Origin: Tubiluchus corallicola
Lineage: Eukaryota > Animalia > Priapulida
Assembly: GCA_030141605.1 (NCBI GenBank)
Contig: JAQGDQ010000804.1
Location: 1 to 64,000 of the forward strand
DNA: 64,000 nucleotides
Direction of reading: 5' to 3'
Within the stretch, counting starts at the first letter, position 1. Every line of letters begins with the position of its first letter. Shown here in pieces: positions 1 to 37,600 of the stretch. The position numbers and the translations under genes were made by a program. Under the pieces are notes generated by a model. The model was not told the origin of the DNA and did no database searches. It was given only the letters and a program-made list of their open reading frames with translations.

Positions 1-554
1 AAATTATGCATGAAACAAGGTAATTGATGTTTTAAGTCCGCTTAGAGGCTCTCTATGGTCACAAAATTGCAATTTCTTGCTGGCTCCAAGGGGGCGAACC
101 CCTCAATACCATTGGGGGCCTAGGCGACCCCAAAACCGCCAACCTGTTTCTCATCCCTGTAGTTGGCTGTTCCATTCACCGTGCAGGAGAAAACATCATT
201 TCAAAAGTAGCTCAGTATTGCTAGTTTTCGCGGAGTAAGCATGCATTATGATCAGTCTCGTCAAAGGGCCTGCTATTCACAAATATTAAGGTGTTCTGTC
301 TACTTCTATCAATCTTTTAATTCCAATCATGTGACATTGCAAAGGTTGACGCGAAGGGGTCTGAAGTGTGAGAATATAACGCTCCAAATGATGTGCATTG
401 TGATGCTGGCAGACTTTGTGATCTATATAGCCGAAAAGGAACAAAAAAGTCAAACTTTCACAAGAACAGAAGAAGCTCCTGGCATTTGCATCAATAGCTG
501 CTTGTTGCATAATTTATGTTAATATTTTGTATCAGAAATTTGATAACAGCTAAT

Positions 555-917
555 GACAAGCTAACACACCTATTTTGATACCAGTACAAGCTAACACACT
601 TATTTTGATACCAGTACAAGCTAACACACGTATTTTGATACCAGTACAAGCTAACACACTTATTTTGATACCAGTACAAGCTAACACACCCATTTTGATA
701 CCAGTACCAGCTAACACACCTATTTTGATACCAGTACCAGCTAACACACCTATTTTGATACCAGTACCAGTAACACACCTATTTTGATACCAGTACCAGC
801 TAACACACCTATTTTGATACCAGTACAAGCTAACACACCCATTTTGATACCAGTACCAGCTAACACACCTATTTTGATACCAGTACAAGCTAACACACTT
901 ATTTTGATACCAGTACA
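555..917. repeat. 30-bp minisatellite, about 12 copies
   Basis: Tandem unit GCTAACACACCTATTTTGATACCAGTACAA; explains the repetitive ORFs at 491-945. Confidence 0.95.
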
Positions 918-1736
918 GTAGGGTAAATGAATAAAAACTTTTCATCTAATCTGTTTACAACTTTCCTACTTTGAAGGTTTGGATGAGATACGAACATAGA
1001 TAGACGAACCTAGGCTTAGCTTTAGGAATACGTGTCTCCAATCATCACAAGTTTCCGGAATTACACACATTAGTGTAGTAATTTGACAAACCCTAAAAAC
1101 CGTTACATCCACTCCACTGACCTAACACCTTTCACTAGCAGTTTGAAACGATTAATAGTTATGCCACACAGAACTGTGACAGTCTAGAATACTAGGAAAT
1201 TGTGTTTTTGAAATTTAAAAATGTGTGCAATTATACAGATATCGCTATATTAGAGCACCTTCAATTGTTGATTGCTAATTTTTGATAGCCTGATAGGATA
1301 TTCGTATAGCTTGTTGCTTGCTTTTCTACTGTTTATGACTAACAAAATCTGTAGATTTACGGTTTCTAAAGTGTGACCATTATCAGGTGATATTATAAAG
1401 AAATCACAATGCTCAATACAAATATAAAACTATTAATCGTTCCACATTACTAGGCGAAAGTTGCTAGATCAGTGGTGTGGATATAACAGTTTTCAATGTT
1501 TGTCAAATTACTACGCAAATGGGTATAATTTCCAGATCTTAAGATAAGCGGAGAAAATTTGCTTATGCTAGTAGCTCACCAAATCCCTAAAGTAGGAAAA
1601 GTAGTAAAATGATTGGATGGAAAGTTTTTCACCTCACGGTACTGTACAGGCGTATGTGTAAAAGCTTTATAATAACTAAAGTGTAAAAGCTCAGGAAGCT
1701 TGTTGCTACCGGCTGCTTTGCATCTAAAAACAGTGA

Positions 1737-1860
1737 CAGCAAAGAAAACACAACAACAACAACAACAACAGCAACAGCTACGGCAACGACAACAACAATA
1801 ACAACGAAAACAACAACAGCAACGACAACGAAAACCACAACGACGACGTTGACGGCAACA
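1737..1860. repeat. Degenerate (CAA/CAG/CGA)n microsatellite
   Basis: Run of ACA/ACG/GCA triplets. Confidence 0.85.
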
Positions 1861-3775
1861 TGAAGGGCACACCAAAAGTAGCCACAACACCGTCGCCACA
1901 CGTGCATCATTCGCTTCACACCATGGTAGCAACAAGAATCAAATTGTGTAAACAAGAATCAATAGAAGAGCCACAGATGGCCATGAAATCTACCACCATA
2001 CAGAATTTGTTAGGAGCATGTCAACAGTTATGAGAAAAATACAACGTTCCTCCATGCTGCTTTTGTGTCAGGCAGTTTGAAGAGAAATACACGCCCATCA
2101 AGAACTCTGTTCGTTATGAAAGGCTTAGAAGACTTGAGTAAAGATTTTTCTAGCTTATATGCAAGTCTGAAGAATTGCGACCACCGTATAATTACCGCCA
2201 TGCTTTAGTGGGTGATAAGTACGACCCCTGCCAAACCACCGATCGAGTGAAATGGGATCATAATGAAAAGCTTTATTATAAAAAATGTGGGTAGAATAAG
2301 CAGTTTATTCGGTGATAGTTTTAGTCATGAAAAATTAATTTCATGAACTTAGCCAAGCTGCAAAGTAAAACAAAGATTGTAGTTCTACCATTATGATTTT
2401 TTTTCAAAAAGCAGAAACAGTGTAAACACAAAGAACATAATAGGCCTTTTATCACGAAAAATAAGTTTTTTACAAACAAAAGAACTTTGAGTTTTTTAAT
2501 GGAGAAAATTACCTTTAAGTCACAGGAAAAGTTTAAAATTTGTTAACAACTCTCTTCACGCTTATTCACGCACCTTATTTTGATTTTTATTAAGCTTAAT
2601 TTAAATTATCATTGCAAATTTCCATAATTATTTTTTCTGTTTTTTTCAACTCTATAGTTTTCTTCCATGTTTCTATAACACCACAGATAGCATCGAAATG
2701 ACAGCACTTTTTCACTAAATGTACAATGTATATTCACTTATAAAAAGAACATAAAAATAGTTATTTGCCTTTGTTATCATTTTTACCTCCAAATAATGAG
2801 CATAAATAAAGAATAAATAAAAAAATATAAAAATAAACCACATTTTTATAAACAATCTGACAATCACAGTCATACTCTAACTAATTAACAATAGCCTTAG
2901 TTGTCAGCTAATTTTGTTAAAAGTATTGGATACCAGAATCCCACTACTGTCATTGCCACAGGTGGCGCTGTTTGTTCCAGGGAGGAAAATCACAGGCCTG
3001 TTCAGTCATGTCGACGGATGGCAGGCGTGGGAATAGCAATCCCATGGCCAGGTATCGGGTTCAAATACAGACTAGTTAACAATTCTTCACTCTCTCGTTT
3101 CTTTGTTTAACTCATTACCCGCAAGGTGTAATAATTGTTAAAAATAAACCACAATGGTTTACAAACTTTCTGGCACTCACAGTCATAATACAGTTAATGA
3201 ATTTTAATGAATTGTTTTGATAGTTTGATTGTCCTAGCTGTTTATAATGAAGCTTTTTGTCAACATTAAACACACGCTGAAGAACTAAGCTTTTTGTCTA
3301 TTTATGTCAAACTAATATTTGTGCGCATGCGTATGATATCAACATATAATTAAATGTATATATAGTATTACGCCGCTTATCAGCCATAATTAATTAGTAA
3401 TTAACATCTTACCTTATTAATTGTGAAATTATCCTCCTAATAAAACTTGAACTGAAGCTTTTCGTCAACAAGCGCTGTTATCTTCACTGATTGGCACAAA
3501 TATAAATCTTCTTTTAACAATATTGCATAAATTCACTATAAAATCAATAATCTATTCATCGGACAGAAACACAAAACAACCATTCCCTTCCTCAGACAAT
3601 GCTCAACTGTTTGCACTGTATGTCTTCAATGCAGCAGTAAGAATAAACCCACCAAGCCACATTCGGCACATCTGTTTTGGGGTGTGTCTCCTGAAAGTCG
3701 AGCTCAGATTACAAACGGGTGGTCACTTGTGGAATGCTAAGCTCGTACCTACGACGTAAACGAGATTTATTTATT

Positions 3776-4080
3776 ATTAATAATAATAATAATAATAAGA
3801 ATAAGAATGAGAATGAGAATGAGAATGAGAATGAGAATGAGAATGAGAATGAGAATGAGAATGAGAATGAGAATGAGAATGAGAATGAGAATGAGAATGA
3901 GAATGAGAATGAGAATGAGAATGAGAATGAGAATGAGAATGAGAATGAGAATGAGAATGAGAATGAGAATGAGAATGAGAATGAGAATGAGAATGAGAAT
4001 GAGAATAAGAATAAGAATAAGAATAAGAATAAGAATAATAAATATGTCTTGAAATTTGATACCACACACACACACACACT
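3776..4080. repeat. Compound microsatellite (TAA)n-(GAGAAT)n-(AAGAAT)n-(CA)n
   Basis: Directly visible. Confidence 0.97.
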
Positions 4081-4156
4081 TTGCCTTGTTGCGTCGGTAG
4101 TTTTAATTATTTTTTTTCCTGTCAGTAAGATCAAAAATGTGTTTTGGTGAGCAAGT

Positions 4157-4529
4157 GGTGCACACTGGGAAGGTGGAAAGCTTGGTGCACACTGGGAATG
4201 TGGAAAGCTTGGTGCACACTGGGAAGGTGGAAAGCTTGGTGCACACTGGGAAGATGGAAAGCTTGGTGCACACTGGGAAGGTGGAAAGCTTGGTGCACAC
4301 TGGGAATGTGGAAAGCTTGGTGCACACTGGGAAGGTGGAAAGCTTGGTGCACACTGGGAAGGTGGAAAGGTTGGTGCACACTGGGATGGTGGAAAGCTTG
4401 GTGCACACTGGGAAGGTGGAAAGCTTGGTGCACACTGGGAAGGTAGAAAGCTTGGTGCACACTGGGAAGGTGGAAAGCTTGGTGCACACTGGGAAGGTGG
4501 AAAGCTTGGTGCACACTGGGAAGATGGAA
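4157..4529. repeat. 27-bp minisatellite, about 14 copies
   Basis: Unit GGTGCACACTGGGAAGGTGGAAAGCTT. Confidence 0.95.
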
Positions 4530-4961
4530 TGTTTTAATTTTTTTGGAACACTCTTTAAAATTAGTTTTTCTTTCACTTCCTCATCAATAGATACACATCA
4601 ATCTCTGTGCGCGTGTGTGTGTGTGTGTGCGTGCGTGCATGTGTGGGTGGGTGTGGGTGTGTGCGTGGGTGCGCTTAGATTTAAACCAAATTTTATTTGA
4701 CATGAAAACATTTATATGTGGCCGATCAGTTGGGCATTTCTAAAATTAGATAAATTAAACTGGATCGACTTGTCCTAACTACTTGGATTGTTTTTTATTT
4801 TCATTAATTTGATCAATTATTTCAGCAATTTACCAGCAAACCAGGTTTTTACTTGTGCATTCTCTGATTAATATAGCATTTGAATACAAATTATAAGCAA
4901 CAAATGCATTAAAAAGCAGAAGATATGCACTGACAGACAAATGAACTAGGACTGGCATTAA

Positions 4962-6522
4962 CCCGTATAGGGTCACGATTTTTTACAACCGATTTTGGTA
5001 ACGGGGGGGGGGGGTAAAAAATTAAACCCACCTTAATTCGTAAATTACTTTTGGTAAATCGCCGTGTTTCATTAGTAAACAGCAACAGCATAATTTGTGG
5101 TGATGCTGACCACCATAGGATACATTATACCTCTGCTTAAAGACATGTGACTTACTAGTAATACGATAGTTAAATTTACTTAGTTACGTTCCCCCTTGTG
5201 CATGCGAATAAGACGATCACGTATTCTTGCATTGCTTACCCGTTTCCCACATCTGAAGATGTTGAGTGACTGAGTTTATGACCTGATTGATTGTCTTTGT
5301 AGTTGTGAGTAGACTAGCTATACGTCAGCATACAGACGTCTGACATTTTGTTTTATCAGATACATCGCCAGTATAATGTATAGACAAGCGAAGTAAAGTT
5401 TCGACAATTTTAAAAAATCGACATGGTGGTGATTTATTTCGTGGTGAGATAATGCGCCTAAAATAAATAACTGAAAGTATTTTGTGCACAAAACATATTT
5501 AGAAAAAGTCGTAGAAAAGGTTTACTGGGATGCATATGGTCAGGGGCGTCGTGCACCAAAAAAAATTGGGGGGCCCGACTGTATATAATGGTGGAACTTA
5601 ACTGTTTAAAAAACGTATAATTTTAAAAAAATAAACAGTATTTTGCGTGCAAGAAAACGATTTATTTATTCCCAACTGGCATTTAACTTAAAGCTATAGC
5701 AACGGAAACTAAATTAAAATTAAATTAAATTACAGTAGATACAGACGCCGTAGAACCTGGGTCGGGAACACGGTTGGACTTGAAAAATGAAGTTAGATTG
5801 GCCTTGACATCGTTTAAGAAATATAGGCAAAATCGAAGCGAAAACTAGCAAAGATTTTCCTAGCAGGAGAAAATGATGAAATGTGCTCAAAATCACGCCC
5901 TTTTATGCAGCAAACTCGTGGGAAAGAGTCACTAAGGACTAGCAAAGAGTAGGCAATGTCCAATCAGGAGGTAGCTGAGCCGTGGCTCATCAATTTGTAT
6001 CTCCCAAACCGACTCTCTGGTACTAGGCTAGCTCGACAAACTGACTCTCGGGTACTAGGCTAGCTCAACATGACTTCAATGTTTGCATTGTTTTTACTCT
6101 ATTATTTCACTTATTCTCTATTATGACCCACTGCTGAACGAAGCTCGAGTGCTAACTGAGCCGTTTTGTTAACTAACAGTCTTTTGTGCAAAGACGCTAA
6201 TGCTACTCAACGAGCTGTTAACTATTCCTGCCTGCCTCCTGAATAGATTACATGCAAACAAATTAACTACATCCCGACTTTCGGGTAAACACATACTCAT
6301 GCTCATACTGTTCGCATTTATGGAGCGCTGGCCGCGTGTCAAAAAGTCGGAAATAAATTTGCTTACCGGTCTCATTACGAGCCGCTGACACCCTTCAAAT
6401 TTTTGACATTTTCTAAAAAAATTGGGGGGGGGCTATGGCACGACGCCACTGATATGGTAAAAGGGTAAAATGCAAAAAACCGGTCTGGGGTTAATTTTTT
6501 ACCCCCTGTGACCCTATAAGGG
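4962..6522. mobile_element. Non-autonomous piggyBac-like DNA transposon
   Basis: TTAA on both flanks (4958-4961, 6523-6526); TIRs CCCGTATAGGGTCAC / GTGACCCTATAAGGG (14 of 15 match); no transposase ORF. Confidence 0.85.
5541..6451. mobile_element. MITE with hAT/P-like termini nested in the piggyBac-like element
   Basis: TIRs CAGGGGCGTCGTGC / GCACGACGCCACTG (13 of 14 match); flanking direct repeat ATATGGT (5534-5540, 6452-6458). Confidence 0.85.
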
Positions 6523-8464
6523 TTAAGGTGAAGTAGCAGCAAATATTAAGGCCAGTGTGAATCTGACTTAATAAATTTTAATTTTGTAGCCATGGTGGCT
6601 CCATCTAGCTGGAAAGTTTAAAGTGTGGGCATTGACCTAGTTATGTAAGTTTACTTCTATTAATTTCTATTTTGATTTATTCATTGATACTTTTGAATGG
6701 ACTAAATAACTGTCAATCTAACTAAACTATGTAACTTTTCATAAAATTAGTCAATGTCAGTCACCTTTGCTTTTCTATTTTAATTTTTAAATACTTCAGA
6801 AATAAAGATCAGTGGTTTACATTAAATTCAACTGAAAATTTTGAAGATTTTACACAAATGCCTGTCAAAGACACTAGCACTGCACAATCAGTAAAGAATT
6901 TATCAACGAGTTGGGCTGTCACAAACTAGTAAAACAAACATATAAATAAACGCTCATGAGATTTAATGAGCATAATACTGTTGTAGAAGTTTATTTGATG
7001 TAAAAAAGGTTTTAGCCAAAAATCTCGTAAAAAAATTAACATGTATGAACACGGTACCTTTGACAAAAAAGTTAATACGACAGGCATACCTGGACAATTT
7101 CGTTATGCCAAAGACGGGCAATAGTATACATTGTGGGGAGTTTTGCTAATACTTAATAATAAAAAAACTAAATTTGTGATTCTTCATTAAGCAGTGCACA
7201 AATATAACAACAATGCCTCTAATGTTAAAACAAAAGTGCATCTATGTGGCCTTTGCTCCTTTGTGTAATGCATTGTAATATAATTAGTAGGGTCAATATA
7301 ATAGAACAAATAACCCTGCGCCAAAAAATGCAAGAAAATCTTGCGTTTTTGGTCCATTACTATTTGGTCCAGAAAATAACTTATGAAGATTTGACCATAA
7401 AATATCTAATAATGACGTCAAAAAGATGACTACGCTCGCATATTGTTGACAGATTTACTGTAACTTTCTTGAATGCTGTTTGGTTACGTTTACCATTCTT
7501 GTATGTACGTGGATTGACAACGAGACTATGATTTTGATACATCGCAAAATACGGACTTTAAAATACACATCGCAAAGTTAAACCAAATTTTCAACCATTG
7601 ATTTCATCTGATTAGCAACTTCAAAAACAATGTAATTAACCTGACAGTGTCGGTTGTTTGTTCTTTGCAAAACACCCAGTGACAACTCAGCATCACGAGA
7701 GATACATGCCTACTAACATCCACTTGCTCACTGTCTTCCCATTATGTCACTGACAAGCTCCGTATCAATTTTTTCTTTAGTTGCACGAATGATGTTCAAT
7801 GTTACTTTAAATGCTACTTTCAAAACCTCTATTTTTCATTAAACTTTTTCAAATTGGACAGGAACTGCATTCAAATTTGGAGTCCACTGTAGCTTTAGTC
7901 TTCAAAAATCAAATTAAAGGTTACTACTAATTACTGAACAAGTAGTATGTCACGTACCAGTGCTTGCATGATTGTTCATACACATTATGAAAAAGAAATT
8001 CCGATCAAACACATTAGATTTGTTTCAGCATCACTTTTATTCGTCATACTGATTACTGCAAAACACCACTATAATACACTAAATACGTCTTTTCCTATTT
8101 GCTGTAATTTTTCTCTCATAAATGAAAGTAAAATTGTCACAAATTGTTACCAAATAAACAGCTTTACAATAGCATATTGGCATGGTGAACAAGTTAATAA
8201 ATTCCATAGTGGACCTTAAAAATTACATTTTTGATCTTATTGTTGATAACAAAAGCTATTCAAAATTCACTGACTTTAGCTTATTAGCATTAAATGTATT
8301 TCTGAAACACCAATAAAACTTGATCCACAAAATACAGAAAATTATTATTAGTAAACAAAGGAGTAAACAGTTTCCTTGATAATCAAACAGACTGAGAAAA
8401 TCCGAATGTTCAGATGTTTTTACTGCATGAATATCTGTGAAGAAGATATTTGATAGTGAAGTTA

Positions 8465-9075
8465 TCTAACCAACACCAAGAATATGTAACTGCACTGCAG
8501 AAAGCTGACTACACTCATAGAATACCACATAATTCAATAAGATAAATAACAACTTGTTCTTAATAAGCAACTTACTTATGTGTATTGTGTGGTAATAAGA
8601 CTTTGTAGTGTAGTGTAGTGTAGTGTAACCAATACAAAGTATATATACTTGCACAAACGTGAGCATAAAATAAAATAAAATACCCTCACGAAATACCACA
8701 TTATTCAACTGCTAAATGATATCTTATTGTTAATAGGCACCTTATTCATGTGTAATAATAAGTGTTTGTAGTGAAGGTTCATAACCAACACAAAGTATAT
8801 ATAATTGCACTACAGCGAGCATAAAATAAAATAAAATATACGCACAAAAACCACATTATTCAACTGCTAAATGATATCATATTGTTAATAAGCAACTTAT
8901 TCATGTGTATTGTGCGATAATAAGACTTTGTAGTGAAGGTGCCTAACCAACACAAAGTATATGTAATTGCACTACAGCGAGCATAAAATAAAATAAAATA
9001 CTCTCACGAAATAACACATTATTCAACTGCTAAATGATATCTCATTGTTAATAGGCAACATATTCATGTGTATTG
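8465..9075. repeat. Diverged tandem repeat of about 150 bp, about 4 copies
   Basis: Recurring TAACCAACACAAAGTATAT...GAGCATAAAATAAAATAAAATA...CACATTATTCAACTGCTAAATGATATC. Confidence 0.85.
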
Positions 9076-9640
9076 AATGGGGGCAATGAGCCTTTTCACT
9101 ATTTCGCTACACACACGCACAGTTACTGTAGGTCAATGTTGTTGAAAAGACTTATTGTTCAACAACAAAAGGTAAAATTGAAAAAATAAATAAAAACCAG
9201 GGATTCTGAATAAACACCTTCTCAGATAAACCTTTCACAAGTTTGATTTGTTGCAGTCTGCTAATTAATATGTAAATTAAAAGGTAGTTGCAAAATTTTT
9301 TGTTACATTTTTTATCAGTAGTCTTTCTCTTGGTTGTCCAATTAGTGACGGGAGGTAGCCAAAAATAACATTATCCAAAAATTAGGAGATGTCCAGGCTC
9401 TTAAATGGCAAATAGTAGCCATTATAAGCAATGACTTGTCTGTTTGTGGGTTGTCAGAGAGAGAAAGTCTAATTTAACAGTGAGTTTTACTATTTGGTAA
9501 CCAGATTGTTATGGGTCTAGTTGCAGGTGATGATCTCAGTAAAAGTAGTTTGCCTAAATACCAATTAAATAGCCACTGAAGGAATTGTGGGTAGTGGTGT
9601 ACAAGTTTCCAACGTTGTACCTAAGGTAAACTTCATTTGC

Positions 9641-33099
<23,459 letters not shown>

Positions 33100-34700
33100 C
33101 TTGCTTCTGGATCTGACACCTGCTTAAAACTTTGTCGTTGATCTGTGACTGTTATAATTTTGTTAATAGGACGGCCGTCTTGTTATAGCAGCCTCAAAAA
33201 CACATAGAGCGAGCATGCTAATTTAGCTGTCAATCAAGTTTTACCTGTCAATAAAATGATAAGAACCTACGCAGGTGAAAATGACGATTAAAGACATTAG
33301 GAAAAGATCAGGCTAGTTTATTAAGCAAATAAGTAAAAACATTTGCCTGTGAGTCGTTGAGATAGTTTCTTGTTTTGAGATAATAAAACTTAACCAAGTT
33401 CTTTGGCAAATAAATGAAACACAAGTCACCTTCACTGGCCTAGCTTTTTGTTATCATAATAATCTAATCGTAAATGACCTTGCCTAAACTTGAACGCAAA
33501 GAGATCAACATTAGTGCATTACTTAGCGTAATTTCCCGATGTACATGCAGTGAGTGCGTGTACTTACTTATATCAATAAACGATCAATCAGTGATTGATA
33601 TTAGTGGTAGAGGTGACTGAATAACCTTGACTTTGTAAAAAAAAGTCTATCAAATTATTCTAGTGTAATTTACACTAAGCTAATGAACAAGCAGTTGCAA
33701 TCACTTTATTAAAGCGAGTGAGCATAAAGACAATTTTTGAATGTACATCTTTGAGTGGGAGCCTTAAAGGTTGATCATATTTTTGTTAGTGGTGTTGCTG
33801 TTATTGTTGCTGCTGCTGCTGCTGTTGTTGTCTGTGTTGCAGTTTTGTTGCTGATGCTGTTTTTGTCGTTGTTGTTGCCACATTTATCTTTGAAAGTTGT
33901 CAGAAGCCCCTGAATGTGTATGGGAAAAATTTTCTGCTTAGATAAAGACCGAAATTTAATTGGATTGAAACAGGAATATCGAACGACAAATAAAAACGCC
34001 TCGATGAGACAAGTCGAATGGTATATATTCTTCAGTTTGGATAAGGGTGGTTGGTTTGGTGACCCTTGGTCTTTTCCGCCTTTATTTTAGTTTTTAGCTT
34101 TTGTTTATGTTTATTTTGTAACATTCAGAGACGAACAAATTTTTTACTTACTCACGTATAAGTTATATCCATATTGGTCGGCGACCCACCATGAGGAAAA
34201 AACGTACATTGTGTGTCAAAAGATACATTGTCAAAACATACATTGTGTGTCAAAAGATACATTGTGTGTCAAAGGATACATTGGAGACAGAAAGGCCTGC
34301 TTCTGGTTTTTAAAGGCAGTGGCTTGTAACCCATCAGATGGCCATGAATTACTTCACTGGGAAATGTAATTTCTTTGTAACCAAACAATGCAACTTCAAT
34401 AAAATCACATTCACATTGATTACCCTCAAACAAAATTATGACGTCATTTCAAGATCATTTTAAAGGCGAAGATCATATACACAACATCATGAAATCTGTA
34501 AATAATTTTTTAAAAAACGAATTAATGTTAATGAAAGCTTAATTTGTTGGTAATAAAGTAAGCCAATCCACTTGCAATGAATTAAAAATGTGCCACTTGA
34601 CTACAAAGAGACTACTACTTGGCTAGAAATCTCTACAGTTGCCTTCAAGATTTCTGTTCCATGTAAAGGGGCTGTACCTTCGATAAACTTTACTTTGTCA

Positions 34701-35907
34701 AGGAATGAGCTGTCCCACGTGTTTCAACTCAGAACAAAGCTAGTATATTTCTGCTAGGTTCGGCATCTCATCTTCGAGGAGTGAGCTGTCCCACGTGTTT
34801 CAACTCCGAACAAAGCTAGTATATTTCTGCTAGGTTCGGCATCTCATCTTCGAGGAATGAGCTGTCCCACGCGTTTCAACTCCGAACAAAGCTAGTATAT
34901 TTCTGCTAGGTTCGACATCTCATCTTCGAGGAATGAGCTGTCCCACGTGTTTCAACTCTGAACAAAGCTAGTATATTTCTGCTAGGTTCGGCATCTCATC
35001 TTCGAGGAATGAGCTGTCCCACACGTTTCAACTCCGAACAAAGCTAGTATATTTCTGCTAGGTTCGGCATCTCATCTTCGAGGAATGAGCTGTCCCACGC
35101 GTTTCAACTCCGAACAAAGCTAGTATATTTCTGCTAGGTTCGGCATCTCATCTTCGAGGAATGAGCTGTCCCATGCGTTTCAACTCCGAACAAAGCTAGT
35201 ATATTTCTGCTAGGTTCGACATCTCATCTTCGAGGAATGAGCTGTCCCACGCGTTTCAACTCCGAACAAAGCTAGTATATTTCTGCTAGGTTCGGCATCT
35301 CATCTTCGAGGAATGAGCTGTCCCACGCATTTCAACTCCGAACAAAGCTAGTATATTTCTGCTAGGTTCGACATCTCATCTTCGAGGAATGAGCTGTCCC
35401 ACGCATTTCAACTCCGAACAAAGCTAGTATATTTCTGCTAGGTTCGGCATCTCATCTTCGAGGAATGAGCTGTCCCACGCATTTCAACTCCGAACAAAGC
35501 TAGTATATTTCTGCTAGGTTCGACATCTCATCTTCGAGGAATGAGCTGTCCCACGTGTTTCAACTCTGAACAAAGCTAGTATATTTCTGCTAGGTTCGGC
35601 ATCTCATCTTCGAGGAATGAGCTGTCCCACACGTTTCAACTCCAAACAAAGCTAGTATATTTCTGCTAGGTTCGGCATCTCATCTTCGAGGAATGAGCTG
35701 TCCCACGCGTTTCAACTCTGAACAAAGTTAGTATATTTCTGCTAGGTTCGGCATCTCATCTTCGAGGAATGAGCTGTCCCATGCGTTTCAACTCCGAACA
35801 AAGCTAGTATATTTCTGCTAGGTTCGGCATCTCATCTTCGAGGAATGAGCTGTCCCACGTGTTTCAACTCCGAACAAAGCTAGTATATTTCTGCTAGGTT
35901 CGGCATC
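34701..35907. repeat. 76-bp satellite, about 16 copies
   Basis: Unit AGGAATGAGCTGTCCCACGYGTTTCAACTCCGAACAAAGCTAGTATATTTCTGCTAGGTTCGGCATCTCATCTTCG. Confidence 0.97.
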
Positions 35908-36545
35908 GGTACCGAAACTAGAATATTTCAAAAAATATTAAGGCATCAGGGAAAAACTCCTGTCATGACATATGGAGAAATGCACGTTGTGAAAGATTGC
36001 CCAGTTAAAACTGCTTGATAAAGTTGAACGTAACAGTCAGCATTGAAACTGTACCAACAATAACGGTACAGAAAACAGCCACTATTTAAAGATTACATGA
36101 TCGAAATTACTTTGTTGAAGTTGAATAACAGCATCCGATTAAAGATTATTTTATTGAAAATATCACTATTAAAACAACTAAATGGACAGTAACTTATACT
36201 TAAATTTAAAAAAATTAATAGCTTGTTGTTTATCATAAAATTCAGATTTGTGCACAATCCAAATCATACTCATTAGCTCCCTGAAAAATATAAAAAGCGA
36301 TCTGACAAAACTAAAATAACAAATCAGTGACGAGTCAACGACCTATCGTATGCCCAATGGTCTATTGACTATTGTAGTCACGGGGCAGGCATAATTCTAA
36401 AATAAAAGAAATCAGCCGTCGAGACAGCAAGCACAGCAATAATATGTTCATCAGTTTAGTGAATTGGCGCTCAAAATTACGCCCACTGCGCCAAAAATTA
36501 CGTTCAAGTCCATCAAATTAGGGAGACCTACTGCTATGTCAACGA

Positions 36546-37600
36546 CTTCTTCTTCTTCTTCGCTGAATCAAACGTCCAGGGACATGATTCTGCTCACCTC
36601 TCTATGCCAGGACTCCCTACACGCTGCAATGCCCCAAGTACATTTGTTTCTAAGGATCAATGCTGAAGTGTTTAAATCTTTCTGTGCAAAATCTAAGTAA
36701 GTTAACATCTGTCCTCCTGCAGGTTTTTAGCTGGTTCTATGGCTTGTTGAAGAGCAATCTTCACTGGAATATCATCAGGTAGTCTAAGCATATGCCCAAT
36801 CCATCTTAAACATCGCCTTTTTATTTTTCTTGTCCAAGGTTCTTCTTTTATTTTTTCATATAGATCTTTGTTTGAAATTTTCTTTGGCCATCTAATACCC
36901 AAAATGTTTCTGTAATTTCGCCTTTGAAACGCATCGATTTCAGCTTTATGACTTGCTTTTAATGTCCAGAGCTCAGAGTTATACAGAAATACAGTTTCGA
37001 CTAAGGCTGAGAATATTCTGATTTTTGTTTCTAAAGAAATATTCCTATTTTCAAAAACTTTTGTTAGTTTTGAGTAAGCCGATAATGCCATTATCTTTCG
37101 TCTTAATATGTCGTCCTCTGTTGCTAGCAGACTACCGAGATACTTGCATCTTTGCCATGATTCATCACCATGGCGTGTTAGTGAAACTCTTCAGTTTTAT
37201 TTTTGTTTATAACGAGATCCATTCTGTTCAGTTTCTCCTCTATTGAGTTTTTTATTTCATCTACTTCTTCTTTGTTTCTTGTAATCCATGCCACATCATC
37301 AGCATACTGCATTGATATCGTAGTTGACTTACTTTGTAGAGAGCTGTAACTGTGTTCTTGTCTTACTTCATTTGGTATTAATTTAGGATCAAGAATTGTG
37401 TAGTTGTGATCTTCTAGGTCTTTCAATGGTATAACTTTGTCCTCAGTGAGAGCAATGGCAAGATATAAAGTGAAAAGTACAGGGCTTAGACAGTCACCCT
37501 GAGGTACTCCTTTTCCCTTCACACCTGACTTGAATTAATGTATTTTCTAACATTATACTTATGATGTATATTTCATCAGGTTCAAGGATTTCTTCAACGA
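36546..37600 (-). mobile_element. 5'-truncated, frameshifted RTE-like LINE (reverse transcriptase C-terminal part)
   Basis: GVPQGDCLSPVLF, QYADD, KYLGS, FLYNSELWTL, RWIGHMLR motifs; (GAA)n tail at 36546-36561. Confidence 0.88.

Noticed and set aside
3709-4700. Long ORFs (poly-EN, poly-MR, VHTGKVESL repeats)
   Set aside because: Translations of micro- and minisatellites, open in several frames on both strands; HTGK only mimics a zinc-finger linker
34701-35907. CRISPR array or tandem tRNA genes (76-nt period, GGTTCG motif)
   Set aside because: Units are contiguous near-identical repeats without unique spacers; no cas genes; no cloverleaf or A box
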